Shown here one piece after another: positions 26,101 through 39,400 of a DNA stretch of 48,041 nt (positions within the stretch are counted from its first letter, which is position 1; every line of letters begins with the position of its first letter). Position numbers and translations under genes: made by a program. The stretch comes from Trichoplax sp. H2 (lineage: Eukaryota). The notes beneath the pieces were generated by a model. The model was given only the letters and a program-made list of their open reading frames with translations, was not told the origin of the DNA and searched no databases. Location: the NCBI GenBank assembly GCA_003344405.1, contig NOWV01000168.1, positions 124,001 to 172,041 on the forward strand. Direction: 5' to 3'.

Positions 26101-26815
26101 AGAGTCAGCTGACTGTGCTAAGGATGATGAAGGATGATTGTGTTGTATCCCTGGTTGCCAATGCAACCAAACAAATTTGATCAATGGCTCTCCTACACGC
26201 CTTTCTCCAGCATTCCCCATGGCAGTATACTGTATACTCCAGCATATTGCAGGAGCAATTGCATATCACAGTATGAACTAACAACACCAACGATGACGTG
26301 ACTTACAAATGATGACAACCGTACCAATGACACTGCTAGTAGCAGTGACGGCCCAAGTTACGGTCAGCTCAACATTCAACTCACACTCGACATTGGTTGA
26401 TACCCCCCATTGGATCGACACTACTACGCGCACGTCAGCAAGAAGTGATTGATACTCAGCCATTCTATATTAACAAACCATGACAACCGGCCATCTTGGC
26501 CGAACATGAGCCTAAGATGGTTTAAGAGATCAATTTCTCATCCCTTCTAGCAATAGTCTACTGTTGCTCTTCTTCACCACACGATAGACAACTAGAGTAT
26601 TGATAGAGACTGCATTCATGGAATAAATGGAAAGAGAGAATGAATTCATTCCATGCCCAATTGCCTATTCAATAGAATTGCTACTCTTATGACGACCCTT
26701 TAGTCTCGCTCTTATGTCATAAACTACGTAGACATCGATCTGTTATTACTAGCCTTGAAAACAAAATATTTTAACTTGCTACCTTAATCCATTTTGAAAT
26801 TAACTCAACTCAGCC

Positions 26816-29800
26816 ATGTCCAGGCGTCGACCATGGCGACGTCTATGCCCCGATGTAGTCGATCAACGAATCAATCAAGCGATGCAAGCTACAATTTATA
26901 TCGTTCATCAAACTGGACCAACAGGTTTCGTTATTAAAGAGGATGCAAGTGATCGAAAATATAAGGTATAAATTGCCCTTCATTTCACTCAAGATCAAGT
27001 ATTGCACATTGTTAAATAACAATATCTTATTTATACAAATACAAAATTTCTCCAAACTAAAGTATACGTACACGTATAATATACTGTCTACTTTAATAGT
27101 ATATTTACAAGTCCAGAAAGTAGAAACACACACAATATCACAAGTGCAATAATCAATAACTATTCATAGAAGCAGTAAAAGTACAGTAGAATTGACGGCT
27201 ACGCAGATTGGTAATATGATATACTGTGAACTACCCAACAGTAAATTATGACAGTACAATACGCCAGCGAACTCAAATAATCTACTTTCCAAACAAGTAC
27301 TGGGTGTAAAGTATCACTGGCATAGGCTCGACTTGTAATAAGTGTTAATATTGTATATTAATAGCAATGATCATTACGAAGTACCAACCAAAGAATAGTT
27401 TAATAACGAGAGATATTGATCGCTTACTTATAGGTATCACTAGGGGAAGAACATTCATGCACTTGTAGGACATTTGAAAAAGAGAAAGAACTCTGTATCC
27501 ATATATTATGGTTTGTGCTACTGATGATAATGGTTCTTACTGACTGCATTTTTCCCTCTTCTTAATCGATCATTGTAAATGATACCCATAAAAATTATAT
27601 ACTTATACCTCCAGATAGATTGCTTATTAGATAAACTTGTTAGTCTACATCAACTTCGTTTGGATAGAAAAAAAACTCTTGCAGCACAGTGATCTATACG
27701 AAAGAAGATTTCACGCACTAATACCATAGAATATTATTAATATAAATTAGACTGCAAGATAAAAAGAAAAGTTGTATTAATATTATTACACAGTACATTA
27801 GTCATTGGTTAGTGTTAAGCGTCAGGTAAAATTCGTATACAGCAAGTACAGTGTAATATATTACAATTTTGAAATACTCAGTTATTTCATTACCTCAATC
27901 AGATGTATACTTATATACAAATAATATTACAGTCCGGAATTGATCACAAACCAGTAGGATATTGCATCATAACTTCTTATGCGATGCTAATGTCCTTTCC
28001 CTATATACACTATATTGTGTTTAATAATAAACAAAATAGATCTGCTTAAACCATATTATAGTAACATCCAATGAGCAATGTCTTACATGTATAGACGTTT
28101 TACAAGTCGAGTATTTAGCTTCTTTTAAGTGTTTTATTCTTTATATATTCACAGGTTGCTGATACGAAAATTTCGTATTCCTAAAGAAAATCCTAGTAAG
28201 TTACAAATCATTCACTACTTACGTATACTACTATTGACAATGGATGAATACCTATAGCCTTTCTATTTTAATAATAATAATTCATTATCTAGCGAGCATT
28301 CAGCGATTACTTATGTATGTATGCTGTTATAGTTGCATTTCAGTTGTCCTTGGTAGAAAGAGAAATTAATGAAATTTTAAGAGGAACTCATGTCTATACC
28401 AATACCAGTAGTAGTAATAAAGACAAAAAACTAGTAAATGATACCGATGATAAAAGAAAAACTATACAGCAACGTGAAATAACCAAAGAAGATGTCTGCC
28501 CAATTTGTCAAGAAGAGCTACTCGATACATCTGAACCTGTAACATATTGCAAGTATGGATGCTCTATTTATATTTATATAATAACTTTCAACGTAACCAC
28601 GGATACCTGTACTGCTCATTGATAAATTATTCTCATTTGGGTACATCTTGATAAATAGATACGGTTGTGGTAATAATACCCATATTAAATGTATTAAGAT
28701 ATGGGCAGAACATCAAAAAACAGTTGGCGAAGCAACAATCAAATGTCCACTTTGTAGAGAAGATTTTGGTTCTTTACAGGTACTTACTGGTGCTATTCAA
28801 TTTTTTCAGTTTCACATACAAACATAAATATAACTTGTATCATTTTATTGTTATTGTTTATTGTGTGCTTTAAAGACTCGTAAAGTACGGTCAGCTCAGT
28901 TACAAAAATAATAAATTTCATATTACAGTATATCAAAATTACATATAATTTAAAAATTGTTCACAGTATTCAAAAATTTGATATATGGTTGCTATACGTA
29001 CTGCAATGTCATATCAATATACTGTTAACTAACCTAATTGATATGCTGTCATCCCTTCTAGGCCATTAAGGAAGAAATGCGTCAATCATCGAAACTTAAA
29101 ACCAGAGCTCAAAGAGGAAATTTCCATCTAGGTGTTACATGCAATAATTGTCGTCAATGTCCAATTGCAGGAAACTGTTATAGGTAAATTTCTAATTGAT
29201 TATAATCTAGAAATTGCATTAAAAGTGGTTTTCAATACGTGACTGATAAGTCTATAAGAACTTAAATGATGCTAATTATCACACTTTAACTTATAGATGT
29301 GCAATCTGCTACGACTACAATCTATGTCATGCATGCTATGCGCAACAAATTCACAGTCAGCATTCCTTTAACTATAGAGAGGTAAATTAATTGATCACCG
29401 TTATAATACTGCTTGATGTTAATACTTACACAAATATAGTATTGTCATATCTAGTATGCTAAAAGGGGAGACCAGCTGATAAATAACTTGTTGCTAAATT
29501 TATGCTTATCCAGAAAAGTTCGCAACGCTGGAAACAAGCTCCACGAATAACTGGACAAACATTACCGGATGCAGTTATTGCTGACTTAGTTAACCGTGAA
29601 ATTGAGAATGAAGATTATGAATTATTGCTACAGTTAGATAGGTAACGATAATAAAATTGACAGCCTTAATTTATTAAAAAATAATCTTACATTAAATGAA
29701 ATGGATTACATAATTAATTAGTACCAACGACACATTCTGACATTATCAAATTTTTATAATTAACGACTTTCTTAACTTTGAATATCGTACAACCCCAAAA

Positions 29801-31274
29801 CTTTAGTGCTATCGATCAAAATCAAGTTGATACACTACCTGAAGAAGTTATCAGACGCTTTCCGATTGAAATTATAAATTCTGACAACTCACTCTTAAAT
29901 CAAGATATTAAATGTAGAATTTGTATGCTGCCATTTCAAATTCGTCAATACGTACGAAAACTTCCATGTAGACATAAGGTAAAATTTTACTCTTCTTGTT
30001 AATTGTTTCTGGCATACACATATTGCCATATTTAAGTATAATTCCCGTAGGTAATCAATATCTTCTTTTCATCAATACAGTTTCATGTTCAGTGTATAGA
30101 CCATTGGTTAATGCATGAAAGATCATCATGTCCTATAGATGGCGAAATTATAAACCCTGTCCTCGATGGAGCTACTAGTATTGGTAGATGTAACCGTAAC
30201 AATCGACGTAAAGTAGGACATCATCATAATCGTGGCCAAAGACATCATCGTCAAGGTCTGCTAGGCAACTATTAATGATTAATTATTATAATTGCATAGA
30301 TAACAGATGTATGACCATTTTAATAACTAGATCCAATAGAAGCTCCGTCTTTAGCAGTAACCGCCGTTCAAATTAATCAATCTGGGACGGATTCTAATCA
30401 ACTACAAAGGCACCGAGCTGAAAATTTATCTCATGAACATGCATTTCATCAGCGCAGCGTTGTTCATCGCCATCGAAATAGAGATCACAGTGTAAGGCCA
30501 GATACCGATTTAGATTTTACCTTAAGTGGAGCGGGTTTACAAATATCAGATACCGGGTAAGCAATTAGTGTCGATATGGTAGCTCATATGATTTAAAATT
30601 GAACGCTAACCGAAAGTTATATAAAATTGTACAGGCCACATCGTGATAATGATCTCATTCAAGTTAGACATGATAAAAAAATGTCTCGGCCGCCGTTATA
30701 TCCAAAACATAAGGAGAAATATGGCTCCTCTAAGCCTTTACAACGAGCCGGTAATATGGCCGTTGTAGCACAAGGGGTAGCAACATCGATTGAACATAAC
30801 CAAAACACCTTATCATCAAATAATAGTAGAAGTTTTAGTGCAGAAGATCGCCAAAAAAACAATCGCAAATCTTCATTAACAAGAAAGCTTAGAAAGGTAT
30901 CTCAGTTGTAAATATAGGGCTGTAAGCAGATTCTAAACTACACATTCTTTCGTTTCTTTACTATTTATAGACTGGTCAGTTTCATAATAATCTGCGTATT
31001 TTTATTCTTCTAGACAACATCATTAACATCGTTAACGGCACCTGCTTTACCTTCAGTACATGGAAATAGAGTAAGCCGCAGTGATGAAGGATCAAAGGCA
31101 ATAATAAATACTACTACTAGTGGTGAATTAACGCGATCTAATAATCGAGTTCATAAAGGCTTAGCCATTGCTACGGTTATGAAGGTCAATCAAACAAGTA
31201 TGACTGCTAGTAATAATGCTAATCAAGACAACGGTGCAGCAGGACAAAAGAGACTAATCTTACCTCCAATTTAA
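26816..31274 (+). CDS. ZSWIM2: E3 ubiquitin ligase ZSWIM2/MEX-like (SWIM, RING, ZZ, RING-H2), ~679 aa, 13 exons
   Basis: Exons 26816-26965, 27434-27510, 28155-28195, 28333-28552, 28659-28779, 29062-29183, 29297-29381, 29514-29641, 29807-29978, 30081-30255, 30331-30556, 30635-30896, 31014-31274 (2040 nt). Motifs: TGPTGFVIKED; SWIM HSCTCRTFEKEKELCIHILWLL; LSLVEREINEILRG; RING CPICQEEL..CKYGCGNNTHIKCIKIW..CPLCR; ZZ HLGVTCNNC..CAICYDYNLCHAC; RING-H2 CRICML..LPCRHKFHVQCIDHWL..CPID. The last three exons are less certain. Confidence 0.92.
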
Positions 31275-32949
31275 TTGGTTATATTAATAGTATTATTCTG
31301 TATTTAATAACTGTAATATAAATATGTAAAAGTAAAAGTCAGATGCAAACGTTATTAATGCGGGAGAAAGATATAAAAGATATTGATTAATTCTACTAAC
31401 ACTTGTAAAAATTTTGTACTCAATTGTACTCAATAGACTGAGAATAATCGATATCACGTAATTAAAATAACTTCTATACCCAATTAGATGATTCAGTCAA
31501 GTAACTTCGAATACATATAGTGTATGACATATTTTCTCTTAGTGACTAATTAATTTATATATATATATGTAATATAATTGAGTTAATTTTTATTCAATTT
31601 TATATTAGCTGTAAATTTGACATTGATTTATAGTTCGTTATTATGATCTTAATAACAGCAACAGTCTATCGCATTTGTTGCAATAAGATATTCCCAAATG
31701 GGATACTTGTGTGCGATAAGTATATATTGTAAAAATGCAGTTGTATACTATGATATAATCATACATCAACTTTAATTATCTTTTTCATTCCTATCATTTA
31801 TTACATGAATCAACATCATGTTACCTTATGATGATTGGATTTATTATTTTATTTTAAATTCAGGCAACGTGCCTGTATTTCGACTTTTAATGTACTGTAA
31901 TCCTAATTATCTATGTTACAGTATATTAAATTATTTTATTATCGTATATGTTATATAGGTATTTATTTCAAATTAAATTTTATATTTAGCTTAATTTACT
32001 TTATCGATTTTATAATGAAAGATAAGATGGACTACATTCATGTCACTCATAATTGAGTTGTCGATATACCTTACATCAATCAGTACTATGACAAACAAAA
32101 TTCGATCGTCGGGTCACAATCTATAACAAACATGTCGTATATTGGGATTAGAATCTATAATTAATGTGTTGGTAGCATAGTTATCAACGAGCTGGTGGGG
32201 TTTCGATATGTTAAACTACTATAGTACTAACCTATAATTACAATAGTGTAAATCACAAATTTACAACTAACATAGAGCTACTGCACATTGCACTATACAG
32301 TAAAGTAAAAAGCACAAGTATAGTAAGCGAAATATGACGGGTTAAGGATCTACTAGTACGTATAATAATACAGTATGCATAGTACGTACGCGCCCTTATT
32401 AGTATGTTTTCGTCCAGTGGCAAACAGTGTTCTAGTCGAATCCAGTCAATTTATTGTATTGTACGATGATGTATGAGTAGTTAACAATTTTCCAATTAGT
32501 ACAACTGGGCATTTATTGTTAGTTACTTACTTAATTACCTCTATTGTACTGTATGTTTATGTTTATTCGTAGAAGTGTTCGGTACATAACGAAATTCTTC
32601 ATCTAGCCGCAGACCTGTAGTAATTGCTATATTTCTATTAAATGTATGTATTACATTGTGTCATCGAATAGTCTTTAAGGGTTGCTAACTTAAGATTTAG
32701 CATTCATAATTACGAGAAATTTTCTATTAGCACATTCTACTAATATCATCAGCCTGTCATTCAGTCAGTCACAAGAAACGAAAAGTCCAATAAATTAAAA
32801 CATTTGTAATAGATTATTTATAATATTTCATCTCCAAGCAACATAACATATAAGCAAACGCCCAGTAATATGAATTAATTTATAAATTCTACCAAAATCT
32901 AAAATAAGGTGAAGAATAGACAGTAATCGTTGCAATAAGTTTATAAACC

Positions 32950-34918
32950 ATGGCTTACGGACCAAAGGCAGCCATCGATGACTACTTTGAATACACAAGG
33001 TGCGTTTAATGGTAACTAGGTCCATTTTAAACAAATTTAAACTAACCGTTTGTAATGAGAACATCTGTTAAAGTAGTTTAATTTCTAAATTTTAATGTTT
33101 TATGCCATAAAATAGCTATAACTATTAATAACAGCTAGTCTATTTTTTAACGATATCTAACTCTTTGATCTATCATCATCAATTCTAAATCCAAGTACAA
33201 ATCCTTTTAAAATTACATAATCATAAAATTTCAGTTTATCGTTTAAAAAGCTATATACAGTAGTTACTAGGATAAGTCAGCATGAAGCAATTACTTAGAG
33301 CGTTTGTATCCTTTCTAAGCCAATGGAAGCTCTAAGCAAGTCATTATAACAAGTATAAGAAACAAAGTAAAATTTACAATTTCGATATATTTTAGTCATT
33401 GCAAATTGTTAATGAACTGTCGTTATAAGAGAAAGGCATTAAGCGAAATAACAATATAGACTTAAGCTGTATATACGAATAGATGAACCGTTCCATTAGA
33501 AACGAGTTTCAGAAGTTAATACATTTATGTATCGTTTCTTGTGTCCATTCCACTTCCATAGAATTGTAGGTGATGACGATGGTGGCAAGTTGTTTACACC
33601 TCAGGAGTACGAGAAATATAAAAAAAGAGTTCTACCTATACGTGCTAAAAATCGGTTATACGTGAGTTGGACTTCCCCTACTGGCATCGATTGTAAATTG
33701 ATTGGTCCAGAAACACCATGTTTTTGTACACATAGGTCAGAACAACACTCATCGTTGCTAACATTGGTTGCAACCTATTACTTTTATCATCGTGTTATGC
33801 TGTATCCTTTCCTCCTTTAATTTAGACATAAGGATTGTCAATAAATATTACAGCAGATCCTGAATTAGTTTTGAACTGACGACTATCCAATCTATTCTAG
33901 ATATAAACAACATAAGACCGATTTTGAAGTTATTCCATCTGAACGACCAATTGCGATGCCATGCCGAGCAAAAGGATGTTTGTGTAAATCATATCATTAC
34001 ATTCCCGCAATGGGCTCACAGCACATAAAGTGTAGCGCTTGCAAGCATCCATCGAATGAACATTCACCTAAATCTCCGTACAAGTGTGCCAGGAGCAACT
34101 GTGGTAGCAAACAATGTCAAGGTAAATAATATCACGGAATAAGTTATGCCGGATGACCGAATTTAGAAATATACTTTAATTAATTAGTCTCCTCTTTATG
34201 ATGGCTTAAAGCAGATAAATGATGTTTATAAATATTATAATTAATCATTATATGCTGCAAAAAGAAAACGACAAGTAAGTTTACGTTAGTACACATCTTT
34301 GAAGATCAGATGCTCCTTTCAATACTACATTTCAGACCACTAACTATTGTCGGTATTAATATACTATTCCCATTTATAGCCTGATTTTCTGTAGGATATT
34401 AGCTTTACAGTATTTGGTACCTATCAATTTAGTACTAGTTACAATAAACGAATAACTTGTCGAGAATCAGCTCAGAGATAAATTTCAATTGTTGATTAAT
34501 TTAGGATTTAAAACTTCCTATACATGCTTGTGTGGTGAACTCGCTAATAAACATCAGACAATTATTGAAACCAAAGAGGAAAGAGAAAATCGTGGCCACC
34601 CTGTTAGTAAAGACGACGTTCCGTATATTGCTATGGGAGGTTTAACAGGTAATAGAACTAATATTAGATTAATTTCAGTGGCCAAAACAATTCTCTACTA
34701 TATATTACATCCTAATATTCCTAGGATTTAGCTCTTTAGCTGAAGGGTATATACGATGCGATCCAAGTGGTGCTGGTCAAATTTCAAAGGAGCAATTAAA
34801 TCAACCTATTACTTCAAGCGATCATCCTTTTCTTAGGACTTACGGCATCCCACCTATGAATAAAATAAAAGCTAAATCTGGCAAATCGTCAACTTGTAAA
34901 CTTGTCAAAAAACAGTAA
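32950..34918 (+). CDS. FAM221A: FAM221A-like Cys/His-rich protein, ~260 aa, 5 exons
   Basis: Exons 32950-32999, 33562-33735, 33901-34121, 34505-34648, 34725-34918 (783 nt). AAIDDYFEYTRIVGDDDGGKLFTPQEYEKYKKRVLP..DCKLIGPETPCFCTHRYKQHKTD..ETKEER..PYIAMGGLTGFSSLAEGY closely matches FAM221A as I recall it. Confidence 0.92.
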
Positions 34919-35872
34919 ATTCAAACCTCATAATTCGAACTAATTATAAATAACGAGGCAGATATTACTATATCGTTTTCCAATTCGTAAAGATCGAATG
35001 CATACTAAATTCTTCTACAGTCATCACAATTATATTCATTAGTTTATTAATGCAAAACAGAAGAATAAGTTTATTTTGGATTAAACATATAACAATTCTA
35101 TTCCTATCTGCTAGGCTAGATTTATATGTTTTTTTTACATTGTACGCAATCTTTATTAAATAATAATAACATTAATGGAATTTCCGTATTCCTTTTCTAG
35201 GAAAATTTAATGTAGAAAGTTTTAAAACCGTAATTACTAATAAGTACTGGTGCAATTACGTCTATTATAGCTGATAGACAATAAATGTTGTGGAAGGTTA
35301 ATAATAATAACGCAATGATACAGCAATCATGACATTTACCCACTAGATATTTGCTATACGTAAACCGTTTCATTCTCATTTTTACAAAGCTATTTCTCTT
35401 CTGTACAGCGTACAATTTTAGTAAAATCTTTACGTTGTTTAGTAGGACAGATATCAAAGACACAAAGATATACTGTGTCGCTGTCAGGTAAACGATCGGC
35501 TCCTCAAATCAGAGTACAGAAGAACTTACTAATCCATCTTATAAATTAGTCAGCGATTTGTAAGCAGATAAAACACCATTTACAAATTTTAAGCTACCAT
35601 TCTGGGTTTCAAAACCTTTTTCTCTTACCAGGATGCTGAACATATTAAGATATACGACATTTAGCAATGAATTTTCCATGCTTTCTTTTGAAAAGCGTAA
35701 CTATGGAAGACTACTTTTACTAACCTCTAACGAAGTCTAATGATGTAATACCAGCTTAACTATAATACAAGGAAGTCCAATTAAAAATGATAGGCTGAAG
35801 ATGTCGGTGGTAGCTTTACTGTTAAATTAAAATCTAAATGTACTTGCCGATACAAAATTGTTAATTTTCTGA

Positions 35873-36415
35873 TTAGGTTATTACGCATTGTTGATCTTCT
35901 AACGACTGAGCCGTTTTCATATAAGCGATAGTCTGAATTAATTGAACAAATGCAAGTTCAGTTTTAGAGTACGTTGTTGCCGATGTTTCAATATATCGAT
36001 GTTGAAATGAACTCGCCAATAATTCACCTTCTTGAAAGGTAATTTGCCGTTTGTAGCTTATTGCATCATTCTTATTACCAACAATAATACAAGGAAAATC
36101 GCTTCCAGTCACTTGGCTTAAACTTTGATAGTAATTACCAATATCGTCAAATGATTGCCAGTCGTCAACGGAAAATACTAACATTACACCATCAATATCC
36201 TGTAAAATTGATTGGTAGCTAGATAGTGCTGAGTTTGCTGCTAATTTACTAACAATTATCTTTAATTTGATCGAGTACTGACCAAATTTTAGTATCTTTT
36301 TAAATTGACTGGATCTATATGAGCTTCTGTCAGGTGGATAACGTTTTTTACAATACTGACATGCTATTGCAGTCTTACCGACATTTGAATGACCAAACAA
36401 GACAATCTTAACTGG
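35873..36415 (-). other. Ras-family small GTPase-like domain with degenerate G2/G3 and C-terminal CVIT
   Basis: VKIVLFGHSNVGKT (G1, 36394-36371), DGVMLVFSVDDWQSF, PCIIVGNKND (G4, 36079-36065), YIETSAT (G5, 35989-35975), AFVQLI, CVIT* (35887-35873). Confidence 0.9.
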
Positions 36416-39400
36416 ATTTTTAGGTATGCTCGTTTTATGCGAGCTTTTTGATAACGATCTGATCCGATGATTTAAATGTTTTAATTTTATACGAAAAGAT
36501 TCACTTTCACCGCTCGTATTGTCTCCGTCCGGATCACTGTCAGATAGAAGGTTAAAATTAGATTCTAAGTAAACAGATGAACGCTCATCACAGCTATCTG
36601 TATCTTCATAGTGAGAAAGATGTATATGGGCCTCATCTTGAACGTTTTTAGCATATGCTGAATCTACAGAACTGGTAGCGTGTGTATTTGCGTTAAGGTA
36701 TTCGGATTCCTTACAAATTGAAGCAATTTTCTCTTGTTCCTCTATATCATAACGAGAAGAGTGTGCATTCGGATCCTCTCTATCTGAGAGAGTAAATTCT
36801 GATCCTACGTAAGTTGGAGTTATTTCATTATGGCTCACAACATTCTTGCGAGACGAAAGCTCTTCTGAATCGTCATGGAGAGCAATACCGGTTGACTCTT
36901 GGTTCAGTGGAATGCTTCTATATAGGCAATCTCGATCAATGTTATCTTCTTGCAAAGGAGTATATTCACGTCCAGTGTCCTCTTCACATACTGAGCTAGC
37001 TGTCGATTCTAGACTATTTGATAGATTTACGTGCAGGACAGTTTCAACCAGGGGAATATTATCATTACAGTTAGATGAATGGTGGTTACAATCCATTTCA
37101 TTGAGTAATGCCGGAAAAGTAGATTGAGACTGATTTCCTGATTGATAATTCGCGACTGACGGATCCGACAAGGATAAATTCAATATTCCAGGACTCTTTT
37201 GATCTTCAATCGATAAACTTTCCATGCTATAAAACGTGATTTGGCTTTCATCTGATTGATGGTCGATTTTATTTATAGACTGATGAAGTTCATCCAAAGC
37301 TACATTGTTTGCACTATAATACAACCGTTTAGCATAAATTTCAGATTTGTCGAAACCTTCAATTTGATTTTGGTACTTTATTGAAATGTTATCCATGCTA
37401 TAAAACGTAAGTTTTTCAAGATGCAAGGAACCATTATTATCATCATGGTTATATCTGATTTCCGTTTCTGAAAAACGGCGTCTCGGCCGAAGTTTATGGG
37501 TGTCACGCGCTTCCATACTTGCAAAACTGGTGTTTGAATAGGACTTTAAATTATCAGCAATCACTTCCTGAATTTCTTCGGACACAATGCTTCCAACTGA
37601 ACTACAATCCAATTGATAGGATTCATCCTTATTACTGAAGCTATCACGAATCTCGTGTAGACTTTCATTGTAGCAGGCATTAGCTGTTAATTCAATTGTA
37701 TAGCTCTCACAAATTTCATCTTCAATTTTATTGTCAGTTAGTTTAGATGTTAACTCCGGAATACCACCAGCGTTGCCATCCTTTCCAAATTTTGCTCCAT
37801 CCAAATTAGACGTAAACCTTTCACTCTTATCGTCACACGCATTTTGTCTTATCAAACTTTCTGAGGAATCTACTAAGCTATAATCAGGTTCTTGACAAGT
37901 TTTTTCAACTTCCATTTCGACTATGCTAGCCTTTAGCTGACGTTTGATATCTTTCCGAATATCTTCTACAGATTCATGTTTAGTTGAATTATAAAGTAAC
38001 GTACTAATATCGTTCCCAACAATTTTCTCTCCACTGACTTCTCCAAAAACCTCAGTATTTTCGTAATTATCATCTTCCTTACAGGTTTGATTGCCAATAA
38101 CAGCTTCGGCTGTGCTCAAGTGAAACTTACAGTTATCGTCACCGTCATTGCTTTCCTTGATCTTTGCTCTGGACGAGGAAGTTGACAATATGCTATGGCC
38201 GTCATAATCATTATTTCCAACTAATTCAATTTCTTGATTACAATTATCTTCCTCGCTAATCTCCTCTGTAAACTTACCAAGATTTATTATAATATCTTTC
38301 GGTGTCAAGCTATCACTTTCATCTCGTATTTTCTCACCAACTTTCTCTGGGTTTGAATTTGTCAAGCGTGTGAATCTGTCATTCTTATAAATGTCCGTAA
38401 CTGTCTCATTATCTGTCAAGTTTACAGATGGTTTGATGTGATCTAAACAAGCATATCCTAATGCACCCTTATCATTATGAATTTGTAAATCTTGTTCTAG
38501 CCTTAATTTATTGCATTTATTCTCGTAACAAATACCTACAAACTTAGAATTCTCCTTCTCTATTCTAGAAAGAATAGTTCGAACAGCATCTACTTGGTCT
38601 ATTCTTAATTGCTTTAACTTTTCCTGATAAGTATTTCGTAAGAATTCCGTTCCTTTTCTAGCTTTGGAATTGAAGCTTTGTAAAATACTCTCTTGTTCTA
38701 TCCCTAAAGTCTCTAGCTTCTTGCTACAATTATCACCGGCAGCTTCCTTTTCTTTTTCAAGTATTGCGTATAATTTCTGGATTATATTTTCCTGTTCTAA
38801 CCTTAATTGACTCAACTCACCTTCATAGAAATGCACAGAAAATTTCCATACTTTTCTAGGTTGATAACTTATATTATTGTTCTTATATTCTTGTTCGATT
38901 CCCAACCGATTTAGGTTTCCACTGCAGTCACTGCCATCGTTTTCTTCTGGAAAGGTAAAATGCAATTTTTCGATGTCATATCTGCATTCTTGGCGAAGCC
39001 GGCTCAATTTATCTCCAGTCCGACTTATCAAAGCCTTCCACTCCTTGCTCGAATTTGATAACAGCGTTTGCAAGATGTGATCTTGCTCAATACATAACTG
39101 ATTTAATCTTTCATCATAATAACTAAGGAAATTCTCTTTCTCCTTTTTAAGCTCATAAAATAAATTCTTAACAATCTCTATTTCTTCTTTTTCAACTACA
39201 TGTAGTATCTCTTGATACTGAGATATAATCGTTTCTTTCTCCGATTCGAATTGCTTATACAAGTTATCGTTGCTACGCTCGTATTCCAGTGTCTGCTGAT
39301 TTAATACCTCTGCTTGTTGATTAGCCAATGCTTTCTCCCTAGCAATCAATGAGTGAATGCTTTCAATGGTCTCTATATCTCTTTGATGCTGGCTTTGTAG

